A stretch of DNA of 64,000 nt from Hyaloraphidium curvatum SAG 235-1 (lineage: Eukaryota > Fungi > Monoblepharomycota): the NCBI GenBank assembly GCA_025558095.1, contig JAIVFI010000001.1, positions 1,488,001 through 1,552,000 of the forward strand, given 5' to 3'. Below are positions 23,079 to 36,236 of the stretch, piece after piece. Under the pieces are notes generated by a model. That model made no database searches, was not told the origin of the DNA, and saw only the letters and a program-made list of their open reading frames with translations. Position 1 is the first letter of the stretch. Each line of letters opens with the position of its first letter. Both the position numbers and the translations under genes were made by a program.

Positions 23079-23260
23079 GACGTTGGCGTGGGGCCAGCAG
23101 GATGGCGAAGTCCGCAACCAGAAATTGCATGGATGCAATCGGAGGCCATAGACGTGGGGACTGAAGGTTGGATTCGAGTCCTCGTTCCTTTCCAATCCCT
23201 TGGTTCGAGGCAGATCCACTTGCCGCGCCTTGTCCACGCGCCGCCGGCGCCTCCGTCACG

Positions 23261-26200
23261 ATGGCGTCCGGCAGCAGCGCGTACATGATCGCTGCGCTCC
23301 TGGAGAAGGTGCGCGACCGCGCCCGACGCGCGCCGATGCCGCACAGACGCCTCACAACGCGCCGACGCGCTTCCCACGCGGCCGCCCCCATTCCCGCGCC
23401 TGTTCCCGCCATGCGGGTATTCCGACGCGCAGATGACGTCGGCCGACTCGGACTTTCGGTACATGGCCACGAACGACCTGATGGCCGAGCTCGCAAAGGA
23501 CGGCTTCCAGCTGGACGAGACGTCCGAGCGCAAGGTCGTCAGCGCCGTGATGAAGCTGCTGGAGGACAACAACGGCGAGGTACAGGGCGTGGCCGTCAAG
23601 TGGTGGGTGGCGGGACCGGGTTCCCGCAAAGTGTGGCCCGTTTCGGACGCGTCTCTGACACCGCCTCCTTCCCGTTCAGCCTCGCCCCGCTCGTCAAGAA
23701 GATCCGCGAGCAGCAGCTCCAGGACACCATCGACCACCTCTTTTCCCTCCTCTCGCAGAAAAAGGCCGAGAACCTCCGCGACATCGCCTCCATCGGGCTC
23801 AAGACGGTGATCCAGGCGATTCCGACGGCGGAAAAGGACAGGAACGAGAGCAAAGGGGACGCGGCCAAGTACGCCGATACCATGAAGATGCGGGGCGAGG
23901 TGGCGGGAGGGATGGTCAAGAGGCTGGTGCCGAAGCTGGTGCAGCAGCTCAAGGGGGTGGGTGGAGCTCAGGTGGCCGTTCCTGGCCTCTGGTTGATGGT
24001 GTCAACAGGAGGCGTCGGACGTCGAGCTCGACACGCTCGACATTCTCGCGGAAACCTTGAACCGCTTCGGGTCTGGTCTGCCTGTCGACACCTTCAAGTG
24101 GGTTGCCCTCCGAGAGCGCTTGCGTTTGGCATCTACTGACGACTGCTTCTCTTTCCCAGATCCATCCAATCCGCCCTCCTCCCCCTCCTCTCCCATCCCC
24201 GCGCCGCGATCCGCAAGCGCACCTCGGCGGCCATCGGCCAGCTCGTCGTGCACGAACCCGACGACATGTTCGACCAGCTTGTCGGCAAGGTCGTCGCCGA
24301 GGCCGGCGAGCGCGCGTCCAAGAAGGACTGGGAGAAGCTTAAGAGCTACGTCGGCTGCTTGGGCGTCCTGAGGTGGGGTCGCAATGTGGTTGTCGGGTCT
24401 CCAGGATCTGAAGACAGTGTCGCCACATCCCCACAGCCGATTCTCCGCCCCCCGCCTCCCCCCCCACATCCCCACCATCCTCCCTCCCCTCCTCAACACC
24501 TGGGCCCGCGCCCCCGACGACGAGCTGCGCGAGTACTGCCTGCAGACCGTCGAGGGCCTCGTCCTCCGCTCGCCCACCGAGTCCCTCGGCCCGTACATGG
24601 ACAAGATCGTCGACCTGGGGCTCGAGTACATCCGGTACGACCCCAACTACGGCGGCGACGACGAGGACGAGGACGAGGACATGGACGGCGACGGGGACGA
24701 GGAGGATGAGGACGACGAGGACGGGGGCGGGTACTCGGACGACGAGGACGTGTCGTGGAAGGTCCGCCGCGCGGCGTCGAGGCTGTTTGCCGCGGTCGTG
24801 GGCACCCGCACGGGGACCATGTGGCCGGCGCTGTGGAGCAAGGTGGCGCCGGTGCTGGTGGCGAGGTTCTCGGAGCGGGAGGAGAACGTGCGCACGGACG
24901 TGATCGCGACGGCGGGGTCGCTGATCCGGCAGACGGGCGTGGTGGCCCAGGGGCTCGGGTTCGGTGGGAAGGTCGAGGCCAAGGACGAGTGGGTTCACGG
25001 CTGGCTCCGCTGCTGTGGAGGCGATTGACGGTTCGTTGCCTTCCCCAGCCCTCGGAATCCGCTACAGAGCCAGCTGCCCAAGATCTCCAAGAGCATATCC
25101 AAGGCCCTCGTCTCCAAGTCCGTGCCCACCCGCCTCGCCGCCTTCCAGCTCCTCCGCGAGCTCGTCGGCGTCCTCCCCGGCGGCCTCGGCCCCGTCTTCT
25201 CGCATTTCGTCTCTGGCATCGAATCCTCCCTCTCCGCCGCCTCCTCCTTGGCTCACCACTCCTCTGTCGCCGCGTCGACCAACACCAACCTCCGGATCGA
25301 GGTCCTCGGCTTCCTGCGCAGCGTCTTCGCCTCGCACGCCGCGCCCGCCGAGGCTGCACAGCTGCAGCCCTTCGTGGACCGGCTCGCGGGGCCCGTGGTC
25401 GAGTGCTGCGACGATAGGTTCTACAGGATCGCGTCCGAGGGGCTGTCGTGCGGGGCTGAGATGGTCAAGATCATCCGGCCGTTCGGCGGCGAGCTCGGAA
25501 AGATCAAGCCGGGCTTCGACAAGCACGTCAAGGCGAGTTTGCAGTTTCCGCGGGACCATAGACGTTCCCTAACCAGCCGTGTCGGGAATCCGCAGACTCT
25601 GTTTGACACTGCGATCCGCCGGCTTTCCAGCGAGAGCGACCTCGAGGTCAAGGAGCGGAGCCTGCTTCTCCTCGGCACCCTGCTGTCGCAGGTCGCGGAC
25701 GTCCTGGACCCTTCGCTCGTGCAAAAGACCGTGCTCCCCCTGCTCCTGGACCGCCTGAAGAACGAGCTGACGCGGCTGGTCACGGTGCGCGTGATCCAGC
25801 AGGTCGCCGAAGGCCCGCTGGTGGCGAGCGGCAAGGGCGTCGACTTCAAGCCCGTGCTGGCGGAGCTCATCGGCGAAATCGCCTCGCTGCTCCGCAAGTC
25901 GCAGCGCCCCCTGCGCGTCGCGTCGCTCTCGTGCCTCGACACCCTCATCGAGAGCTACGGCGGGCCCAAGGCCAAGGCGATCCCCGACGACATGTACACG
26001 ACCGTGCTCACCGAGCTCAAGCCCCTGCTCTCGGACTCGGACCTGAACATCCTGCCGATGGCCATGTCGTGCCTCGCCACCGTGCTGCAGATGGGGCCCA
26101 ACAAGGTCGTGCTGCCGCCCATCACGGAGGAGGTCGTGCCGACCATCGTCAAGCTGCTCGTCGACGCTCCCCACCTGGTCGGCTCGGGGGTCGGGCTCGA

Positions 26201-28021
26201 ATCCCTGGTCAACGTGTGGAAGGCGCTCGTCACGGTCGGCGGCAGCAAGGTCTGCGACTCGTGCGTCGCGCAGCTCATGGCGCCGGTCAACGCCGGGGGG
26301 CTCAAGAAGCAGAGCCAGACGGCCATCGCCACGAGCTTGGCCACGCTTTACCTCAACTCGGAGCCCGCGGCTGCCAAGAAGTCGGTGAAGGAGCTCGTCG
26401 CGAGCATCAGCAACTCCAAGACAAAGGAGGACGTGCGGATCCTGGCCTTGCTCACGTTGGGCGAGGTCGGACGGACCATGTGGGTGCCGGCGGCGGCTCT
26501 AGTTGTCACATCTCTCACAACTCCGCTTTCCAGGGACCTGTCGGCGGAACAGGGCGAGCTCACGAACGTCATCCTCGGCCTGTTCAAGAGCCCGTCGGAG
26601 GAGGTCAAGCACGCTGCGGCCTTCTGCCTTGGCAACCTGGCCGTCGGCAACTTGGACAAGTACGTGCCGATGATGGTCAAGGAGATCCGGGACAAGGGCA
26701 AGATCAACTTTCTGGTGCTGGTGGCGCTCAAGGAGGTGGGTTTTGGGCCGTCAGCCTCGAGACAACCTTCTGACTCTTGCGCCCCTCCAGACCATCACCC
26801 GCTACATCCAGGGCTCGGATACCACCAAGGCGCGCGACGCTCATGAGATTGCTGCCGCCCTCTCGCCCGCCTCGCCCGGCTCGTTCAAGTTCCCCACCGC
26901 CAACCTGCGCCCGTTCCCATACGCCGCGGAGCTCTGGCCTCTGCTCTTCCAGGCGGCCGAGGAGGTCACCGAGGAAGGCACCCGCAACGTGATCGCCGAG
27001 TCGCTGGGCAAGCTGTCGCTCAGTAGCCCGTCCGATTTCCTTCCGGACCTGCAGTCCCGCATCGGCGCCGACAAGGCGGCCACCCGCGCGACGGTCGTCA
27101 CCGCCATCCGCTACACCTTCTCGGACCACACGCAGCACAAGGAGTACGACGGCCTGCTGGCGCCGCTGATCCCGGCCTTCCTGAAGCTCATGCGCGACCC
27201 GGACCTCAACGTGCGGCGGGTCGCGCTGGCGACGCTCAACTCGGCCGCGCACAACAAGCCGCACCTGATCCGCGACTCGCTCGGGGAGCTGCTGCCGCTT
27301 CTGTACGAGGAGACGAACGTGAGGGAGGAGCTGATCCGGGTCGTGGAGATGGGGCCGTTCAAGCACAAGGTGGACGACGGGTTGGAGATCCGCAAGGTGG
27401 GACCTCCAATGTCAGGCGTGTCGGGCGTTCGTTGCTCACCACTTTCGTCCCAGTCCGCCTACGAGTGCATGTACACCCTGCTCGACACGTGCCTGCCCAA
27501 GATCGACATCTACGCCTTCCTTTCCAGGGTCCTCAAGGCCCTCGACGACCCCGCCTCGGAGATCAAGATCCTCTCGCACCTTATGTTCCAGAAGCTCGCC
27601 TTTGCCGCCCCCACCGCCGTCGCGCAGCGACTCGACGACTCGGTCGACGTGCTCAAGGCCACTGTGGAGAGCAAAACCAAGGCCAACGCGGTCAAGCAGG
27701 AGTTGGAGAAGAACGCGGAGCTGGTGCGGAGCGGGCTGCGGTGCGCGCTGGTCGTGGGCAGGCTGAGCGAGGCCGGTGAGTTCCCGATGGCCTGGGCATC
27801 GCATAGTCCCGCCTGATCGTCCCCTTCGAACAGCCATCTCGCCAAAGTTCGACGCCTTCCTGCGGGATCTCAAGGCGCCCAACGCCCCCTACGCCGACGA
27901 CGTCAAGGCGCTCTCGGCCGAGATCGACGCGCGGGAAGCCCACGGCGGCCTAGTGTTCGGCGGGCCGGGCGCGGTGGGTGCCCGGAGCGCGGGCGGGCCG
28001 GTCGCCATGGACCTGTCGTGA
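23261..28021 (+). CDS. CAND1: cullin-associated NEDD8-dissociated protein 1 (HEAT repeats), about 12 exons
   Basis: LLEK|[34 protein letters not shown], acidic tract, [44 protein letters not shown]|[10 protein letters not shown]. Confidence 0.95.
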
Positions 28022-28089
28022 CCGCGGGTGGGAGAGGGAACGGAAGGGCTGTGGCATCTGGGTCGCTGTGGCAGGCATGGCTGACGTGT

Positions 28090-28820
28090 AGCACTCGAAG
28101 ACGTATACCACTGGCTGCATTCGCATCCGCCGCCGCCCACTTTGCGCATTAGTTTCCCGTGCCGCCACGACGACAGGCCCTCGCCCTCAGCCTTGGCCGC
28201 CTTGCGCTCCGCGTTGAACATCATCGCCGTGTACGCCGGCCCGGCGGACCGCAGCAGGTCGCGCGGGGTCTTCCCGTTGGCGTCCGGGAAGTCGGCGCAG
28301 CATCCCAGCTCGAGGAGTCGCCTGCACCGCTCCCTCGCTGGTAGCCGGCCACCGCGACGCCAACCAGGGAGAAGCCAAAGAGCCACTCGGGGCGTCCCCG
28401 GAAAAGCGCGCGCACCAGGTTCTCGGACGAGCCGGGCATCGCTTGCATCGTCCTAATCAGCACGGAGAGCTCCCTGTGCTTGGCCAGGATGGCCATCTGG
28501 CCCAGCTGCGAGAGCTGGCGCAGCCCGACCGACGTGCTCTCCCCGACGCACCACTTGCGCGCCGCGGACTCGCCCGGCCCGCCGCCGAACTTTAAATCGA
28601 CCTAGGGCTCCTTCAGATACGCGGCGGTCGGTCGCGCCGGCCGGGGCTCCGCGAACGACGGCACGGCGCGGTTGCCCGTCGCCAGGGCCTTCCTGGCGTT
28701 GGCGGGCACAACGGGGCGCGGCGGCGCCTCGAGCGTGCGGCCCAGCGGCGACGCGCCGAAGGAGGCCGCGGCATGCCGTCGGGAGGCGCGGCCGCCGGGG
28801 GGGACGAGGGTCGGCCATTG
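28090..28820 (-). pseudogene. degraded gene with an ankyrin-like segment
   Basis: In-frame TAG at ~28602 and a frameshift at ~28335 before RLLELGCCADFPDANGKTPRDLL. Confidence 0.35.
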
Positions 28821-29358
28821 GAGGCTTTGTTGACTTGATGTCGCCACCATGGTCGGTCCCCATCCCCTGAGGGCCGGCGCCGGCTCCTCGCCAGCAGTGC
28901 AGTCGCGCGCATTGGGACAAGTGTGGCACCGTGAACTGCAATTCGGGGGTCGGATTCTTCGCGGACGCTGGTGAGAACGAACGGGGTTGATCAACACGTT
29001 CTATAGCGGCCTCCATCCCGCCATCAGAAGACGCCTGGCGACGCCGTGCGAGAAATGTCATGCTCCGCTTTTGGCCCCTCCCGAGCCGGGAGGGTCAAGA
29101 TCGCCTGGGATGGCCGTGGGTTCTGGCGCCGGGCGGGCGGAAGATCCTCGGCGGTCCCCCACAAACACAGCGCCGGCACCAGCCCGTGGAAGATCCCGAG
29201 CGGCCCGCCGTCCCGCCAGCGCACACAGCCACGCGGATCATCCGCGACTGCGCAGCCGTGCATAAATGGACGCACGCAGCCGTGCCCGCTCTTCAGCAGC
29301 TCTGCATCTCCACGGCTTCCTCCCCCGGACGCCGAACAGCGCAATTCCGCCTGCCGCG

Positions 29359-30438
29359 ATGAACTCCGCTGCCCGCCTCGTACTCCTCTGCCTGGCCTGC
29401 CTGGCCGGCACCGCCTTGGCGGCTCCCGTCGCACCCGCCACCCCCGTCGCCCCCACCTCCTCGGACTCTGCCCCCGCCGACGCCACCGCCCAGCTCGGCG
29501 AGCGCTGCGTGGGCACGCAGTACTACGTCGAAGGCTCCGTCAAGGTCGTGCCCTCGGCCACCTTTGCCATCGTCTCGTACGCCCTCAAGAAGCCCGTCAA
29601 GCTTTCCACCGTCGTCTTCAACCCCACCGACACCCCCATCGAGAGCAACCTGGGCATCGGCTCCTCCCCCGTGCCCAAGACCAACTTCACCGTGCGGGTC
29701 AATGGGCTGACGCCGGGCCGGCTCTATACGTTCAAACTCCTCGCCCCTGATCCTGACTGCCCGGGAAAGGACATGATCGTGGGCAACCCCACCCTGCCCG
29801 CCGTGACGACCTGGAAGCGCCGCGTCACCTTCACCGTCACCAAGATCAAAATGGTGGACGATTCTGACGGCATCACTTGCGGCGACATCGTCTCGCTCAA
29901 GGCCCTCATCCGCCTGCCCAGCGTCAAGGGCAAGGACGGCAAGGTGGTCGACAACGAGCTCGAGCTGTCCAAGACGGGGACGGAGACCACCATCTGCTCG
30001 GGGGACAACTACTACCCGCCGACCTGGCGCGGGAAGAAGACCTTCGACAACGTCGTCGACGGTGGGTCCCTCCCTCCCCTTCCCCGTGCCGCGCCAGTCT
30101 GACCCCGATCCCCGAATCCAGAGACCTACACCGCCGGCTTCGGTGCGCTGGACGACGACACCACCCCCTTCGAGCTCGCGTCCTACGGCTGGGGCATCCC
30201 TTGGGGATCCGACTTCCAGTCGGGCCAGGTGGAGCAGGCCAACAAGGTGTTTCCGAACCAGAAGCTGCCGGGGATCAACGCCAACGACGTGCCGGGGGTC
30301 GTGACGCGGACGTACAAGGTCCTGGTGGGTCGACGGCAGCCCGCGGTTCGGGGGCTTCCGCTGATCGCGCCGTCGCAGAACGACTCGCCCAAGTTCGAGG
30401 CGACGCTGTACGTCAAGACGACGTACGTTAAGCCGTGA
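29359..30438 (+). CDS. secreted beta-rich protein (FN3-like segment), 3 exons
   Basis: Signal peptide MNSAARLVLLCLACLAGTALA; FTVRVNGLTPGRLYTFKL; introns ~30062-30121 and ~30325-30378. Confidence 0.7.
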
Positions 30439-30561
30439 GAGCGGGGATGTTGCGAAAAAAGCCCTTGCCCCATGTACTTCATCTTTGTCCAATACCCGTT
30501 ACACCCGTCGTCGAGGATCCAACGGCCCCCTCCCCCCGCTCTCCGCCCTTGCGATCCCCGC

Positions 30562-32261
30562 TCACCCCGGGCACACGGTCTCGAGCGTCGCCGCAACCCC
30601 GAACCCCCTCAGGAGCCCCCACGCCGCGAACGTCACCGTGGCCAGCGACACCAGCAAGCCCCTGAAGGAACCAAACCCCACCGCGACGCCGAGGAACCGG
30701 CGCCTCGCGTCGCGGGCCTCGCCCGCGTAGAGCTCCAGCGCCGCGGCGTGGGCTGCGAGGTGCCGCAGCAGGATGTCGTCGGGCTGGACCGAGGAGGGGA
30801 GGGTGGCGGAGACGAGGAGGTCGCGGGTCTCGACCAGCGCGGCGGAGTATAGTTCGCCGAGGGAGGCGATCTCGGAGTTGGCAACTGCGGCGTGCCAAAG
30901 GTCACGAAGCAGGAAGTAAACGAAGAGGGCGAGAACGGAGATCATCCATGCCGGGATGCAGGCGCCGATGATCTGGGCAATGACGAAGAAGGGATGAAGG
31001 TCAAATCGGGCCGACGGTCGAATCACCCACGATGCTGGCGGCCATCATGAGTATCATGAGGGTGATGAATACGGGGTAGATAAAGGGGATGTTGTACGAC
31101 TGCACGGATTGCTGCCACCGTGGCCGCAACTCGGCGTGGAGCTGCATGTACGGCTCTTCCGGCGAGCCCCAGAGATCCTTCGGTGCAGCGAAAGCCTGCC
31201 CTGCGAGGACGGCCTGCTTTGCGCGGTCCAAGAAGGCGGCGAGGGAGCGACGGACGAGACGTCGTCGAACGCGGCCTTCCAGCCTGAACAGCATATTCTC
31301 CGGCGTCGGAAAGGCGAATGGCTCGAGCGTGTAGTGGAGCAAAACGATACCTGAGGCGCAGCAGCCCACGCGGTGGAGTTGGGAGTCAACAACGCCAGGT
31401 AGTTCGAAAGCCGGCTTCGGCAGCAAACTCACAGAAGCTGACCGCAAGCAAGATGCTCCACGCGTGGGTCCAGACCGGCGGGAGGGAGACTAGCGGCGTC
31501 CAGCCCAGCAAGACCAACGAGGCCAGCATCAGGATGATGTGTCCCGCCAAATCGGCCAATTGGTAGCGAGTGGCGGTGGCCAGCAGCGCGCCGGAGCAGT
31601 GTGAGGCAGCACACGTGCATTCGGCGTCGCCTTCTATGTGGCCGAGGGCAGTGTCCAACACACTGCCTTCCCATTCCCGCACGCAGCGCGTCCACGCGGG
31701 CAGGAGAGCGTACCCTGCCAGGTTGTCCATGAGGCGGAAGGTCCGCCACGGCCCAGGCTTCACGTTCGCCTTCAGCCAAATGCGCACCGCCGCGGCCGCG
31801 GTCGGGAACTCTTCGGGGAAAAGGTCGCACAAAAGCATCACCTGGCCCGCGAAAACTACGGAGGGCATCGCGGCGCAGTATATCGCCACCAGTACGTAAC
31901 CGCCGACGAGCTGGCGCGCTCCGAACGTGGCGCCGCCGAAGACGAGCGCGCATGCGCAGAACGCCGCGAAGACTGTGTTGGAAAGAGCGTGGCGGATGAC
32001 GAAGGTCGGCGCCGTCCACCACAGTGCCAACTGCCACTTTGCGAGCGTCCGCAGAGTCGGGTACGGCTCCAGCGCGGCCATCAGCGCGTCCTCCGTGCAC
32101 GGCGCGGCAGGGGCGGGGTTCGACGGCCGTCCGCGGTCCCAGGGGCCCGCCGGCGGCAGCGGCCGCGGGAACGCCGCGGCGAGGTCCTCGGGGGAAAAGA
32201 AGCCGGTCCGCTTGGTGGCAGCGTCGGCGGCATGGCCCGCAGGCATCGCGACCGAGTCCAT
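30562..32261 (-). CDS. family A copy 3: 7-TM GR-like/7TMIC candidate, 3 exons
   Basis: Paralogue of 17495-19170 with the same two intron positions and the same C-terminus. Confidence 0.75.
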
Positions 32262-32762
32262 GTCGGTGAGGATTGGCAGGATCGACAATCGCCCGCCGAT
32301 CGTCCGACCTTCTTCGGAGAAGTGCACACCGATCCGCATCCAACCATGTGTCTCCGGATATCGACCAGCCTCCAAACTCATAAGATCGATCGGTGACGGC
32401 GATAGTAGAGAAGGTTTGGAGCACCGCGATGCCGACTTGCAATCGGACGGGCTGGGCTCCCGTTGGCACAAGGCGGCTAACCGACGCCGAGGCGAATCCC
32501 GCAGTGCCCCGGCTTCTCCTGCCCAGAGTCATTTTCCACAAGCACAGCAGGGCAAATTGTCGCGTCGGATGAGGGGGCGGACGGGGCATGATGTTTGGTG
32601 CCTGCGCGTTGATTGACGTGTCGATCGCACGCGCGCAGGTCTTCCTCTTGGTTCTAGTCTCTGTGTCACCTTCGAGACGCGATGACGCGATCCGCAATCC
32701 CAATCCGAAGCTTGCTTAGCCCCTGCCTGTGTTCGCCATACCCCATGCCCGCAAGTCCCCCT

Positions 32763-34433
32763 TCAGCCAGGACAGAAAGTCTCGAGCGTCGCCGCGACGC
32801 CAAACCCCCTCAGCAGCCCCCATGCTGCGAACGTGACCGTGGCTAGCGACACCAGCAGCCCCCTGAAGGAGCCGAACCCCACGGCGACGCCGAGGAACTT
32901 GCGCCTCGCGCCGCGGGCCTCGCCCGCGTAGAGCTCCAGCGCCGCGGCGTGGGCTGCGAGGTGCCGCAGCAGGATGTCGTCGGGCTGGACCGAGGAGGGG
33001 AGGGTGGCGGAGACGAGGAGGTCGCGGGTCTCGACCAGCGCGGCGGAGTATAGTTCGCCGAGGGAGGCGATCTCGGAGTTGGCAACTGCGGCGTGCCAAA
33101 GGTCACGAAGCAGGAAGTAAACGAAGAGGGCGAGAACGGAGATCATCCATGCCGCGATGCAGGCGCCGATGATCTGGGAAATGACGAAGAAGCGATGACG
33201 GTCAAATGGGGCCGGCGGTCGAATCACCCACGATGCTGGCGGCCATCAGGAGTATCATGAGGGTGATGAAGATGGGATACACAAAAGGGACGTTGCTCGA
33301 CAATACGGCTTGCTGCCACCGTGGCCGCAGCTCGGCATGCAGCTGCATGTACGGCTCATCTTGCAATCCCCAAAGCTCCCGCGGGGTGGCGAACGGCTGC
33401 CCTGAGAGAACAGCCTGCCTGGCGCGGTCCAGGAAGGCGGCCAGGGCGCCGCGCACGAGCCTCCTGCGGATACGGCCTTCCAGCCTGAGCAGCATATTCT
33501 CCGGCGTCAAGTTGGCAAAGGGTGTGAGTGCCAAGTGCAACGCTGCGAGGCCTGCCGGGGGGAATGAGCAGTGCCCGCCAGCGAAACAGCCGGATCCCGA
33601 GCCGCGTACCCACAGAAGCAGATCCCAAGGAAGATGCTCCACGCGTGAGTCCAGACCTGCGGGAGGGAGAACAAAGGCGTGAAGCCCAAAGAGACAAACA
33701 TGGCCAGCTGCAGTATCAACCAAGCAGCCAGATTGGCAACCAAGTGCCGCGCAGCGGCTGAAAGAAGCGCGCCAGAGCACCGAGGGGCGGCGCACGTGCA
33801 CTTCGTGTCGCCCTCCAGGTGGTTGAGCGCGGTCCCGGACGCCGTCCCGTCCTTGGCCGAGCGAGCCCACGCCGGCACCATGGCATACCCTGATAGAACG
33901 TACTCGACAACGAGGCTCCGAGACGGCCGAGGTCGCACGCTCCAACGGAGCACGGCGCGCGCGGCAGCCGCCTTGGACGGGAAGAGGTGCGGCAAGCCGC
34001 GAGCCAACGTCACAACCTGCCCGGCGAACCACACGGCGGGGAACGCGGCGCAGAAGATCGCCACCAGCACGTAACCTCCGACGAGCTGGCGAGCCCCAAA
34101 AGCGCCGCCGTTGAAGACGAGGACGCACGCGCAGAAGGCCGCGCACACCGCGCCCAAAACGGTGTAGCGAACGGGGAGCGTCGGCGGCATCCACCACAAA
34201 GCCAATTGCCACTTTGCAAGCGTCCGCAGGGTCGGGTACGACTCCAGTGCGTCCAGTAGCGCGTCCTCCGTGCACGGCGCCGGCGCGGTCGGGTTCGCGG
34301 GACGGCCGCGATCCCACGGACCGGCCTTGGGCAGCAGCCGCGGGAACGCCGCAGCAAGGTCCTCGGGAAGGAAGAAGCCGGCCTGTTTGGAGGAACCGTC
34401 GCTGGCATCGGGAACCTCGATGACCGTGTCCAT
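32763..34433 (-). CDS. family A copy 4: 7-TM GR-like/7TMIC candidate, 3 exons
   Basis: Paralogue with the same intron positions; ends ATLETFCPG. Confidence 0.75.
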
Positions 34434-34628
34434 TCTGGGGAATGTGTCGTGTTGGGCTCCTGCGCGGCTGCAGGCGCGGCTGTACCAGGTCACGTCCCGA
34501 CCCACGCCGTGCCGCCGCGTCGATCCGACGTGCGCGGACGAGCACTTGCAACGACTCCCCACGCGAATCATACGAAGCAAAACCCAAAGCATAATGGCAC
34601 CGTTCCTGTGATTGACCCGCGGGACCCG

Positions 34629-36236
34629 ATGGGCACGGACCGGTGCATCCGATTCCTCTCCGGGGACCGTTTCGGGCCCGGAACACGCGTCCTTGGAACA
34701 CGCGTCCTGTTCGCGTTGGGACTCTTCTTCGTTCTCCTCGCTTTGGGGATAACACGGACGCCGTGTCCGCCGCCGCCGGCGCCACGGGGCGGGCTGCCGG
34801 AAACGGCGGCAAAGGGCCGCGACGGAGGACCGCTGCCGATGCTGGAACCGGTGCAGCGTTCAGATGGAAGCTGGAGCCCCGGGTTTTGCCGCGATGTGGA
34901 GGCCGGCGTGCCTCTGGCTTCGAGCACGGAGGAACGTGAACGGCCGCCAAACGTCGATGACTTGCGGAGCGATTTCTCTCCCTTCTCGGAACCGCTCCTC
35001 AGGCAGGCGCAATTCGGAGAAATCGTCAAGTTCCGGGATAAGTGGGCCACGCAGTCGATTCCGGAGCTGCTTTCGCTGCGCTACGCGTGGCAGCGTCACC
35101 TTCGGACAACTGCGCTGCCTTACTCGAAAGCTTCCGAGCTATTCAACATCACCAAGGGATCGCGCGGCATCGTCACAACGATGGAGGGACGGACTCTCGC
35201 CCACGCTCTGACGGGTCTTCTTGTGCTTCGGTCGTTGGGGTGCACCCTGGACATCGAAGCTTGGCATTACCGGGGCGAGCTGACCGAGGGACAAAGACAG
35301 CTGGCCGAACGGGTACTTTCCAGCGAAAAAGGCGGGAAGCTCCGGGTTCGGGAGATTGAAGGGGAGGCGGAACGCGTTTACGCGTTGGGTCATCGGGAGC
35401 CGTTCTTCTACCTGCCCAAACGGACAGACAGGCGGAATTACCAGATCAAAATCGAGGCCATCATGGCATCATCGTTCGAGCAGGTCATTTCGCTGGACTC
35501 GGACAACGTTCCGACCATGGACCCGACGTTCCTTTTCTCCGAGCCCGAATACCTCGCTTCCTCGGCGCTCTTCTTCCCCAATTTCTGGAGGCCGGCACCG
35601 GACCACCCGATGTGGACTATATCCAACTTGCCGTGGCGCTTTGGATGGGAACTGGAAACAGGCCAACTGGTCATCTCCAAACCCAAAGCATGGTGCGGTA
35701 TATCATTGTCATTATTCTTCCTGCAATCGGATGCATATCAGCCTCAGTACATATTCGGCGATCACGACGCGTTCTACTACGGTCTGCTTGCCGCAAACAT
35801 CTTTTTCAATATCGTCAAATGGCCCCTAGCCGTTGGAGGACTGAGGTCGATCCCCACCCCGCCGGCCACGGTGGCCAAAGCGACCGAGTTTTGCGGGCTC
35901 GTAATGGTGCAGAATCATCCCCAGAGACGCAACGTATCCCTGTTTTACCACACGCACTCGCTCAAGTACGGAGCCCTGTACGGTCAAGCCTACCGCGCGG
36001 ACAACGAGACCGTTGCCGGCAAAGGACCGTTCCCGCACGTTTTGCGCTACGGAGCGGCAACGGATCCGGTGAAGATGCGGGGTCTGGGTTACCACAACTC
36101 GGCGGGGGTTTGGTGCGCCAGTTTGGGCGGCGAAGGGGAAGCGGGCGTGGAGATGGAATGGAGCGATACCGATGTTGCTTTTACAAGACGTTGGCAGGAG
36201 GCTCGGTTCAAAGCCGATACGCTATTGTTCGGATAG
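34629..36236 (+). CDS. alpha-mannosyltransferase, GT71 (Mnn1/Mnn2 family)
   Basis: Type II N-terminal TM; RGIVTT, LRSLGCTLDIEAWH, YQIKIEAIMASSFEQVISLDSDNVP..DPTFLF, ETGQLVISK, GDHDAF. Confidence 0.85.
   Translation: MGTDRCIRFLSGDRFGPGTRVLGTRVLFALGLFFVLLALGITRTPCPPPPAPRGGLPETAAKGRDGGPLPMLEPVQRSDGSWSPGFCRDVEAGVPLASSTEERERPPNVDDLRSDFSPFSEPLLRQAQFGEIVKFRDKWATQSIPELLSLRYAWQRHLRTTALPYSKASELFNITKGSRGIVTTMEGRTLAHALTGLLVLRSLGCTLDIEAWHYRGELTEGQRQLAERVLSSEKGGKLRVREIEGEAERVYALGHREPFFYLPKRTDRRNYQIKIEAIMASSFEQVISLDSDNVPTMDPTFLFSEPEYLASSALFFPNFWRPAPDHPMWTISNLPWRFGWELETGQLVISKPKAWCGISLSLFFLQSDAYQPQYIFGDHDAFYYGLLAANIFFNIVKWPLAVGGLRSIPTPPATVAKATEFCGLVMVQNHPQRRNVSLFYHTHSLKYGALYGQAYRADNETVAGKGPFPHVLRYGAATDPVKMRGLGYHNSAGVWCASLGGEGEAGVEMEWSDTDVAFTRRWQEARFKADTLLFG

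Noticed and set aside
21117-23237. Long antisense/alternative-frame ORFs (also 39558-41348, 53627-55198, 14347-15492, 33202-34950 and many others)
   Set aside because: Shadow ORFs of real genes caused by GC3 bias; Arg/Pro/Gly-rich with no motifs
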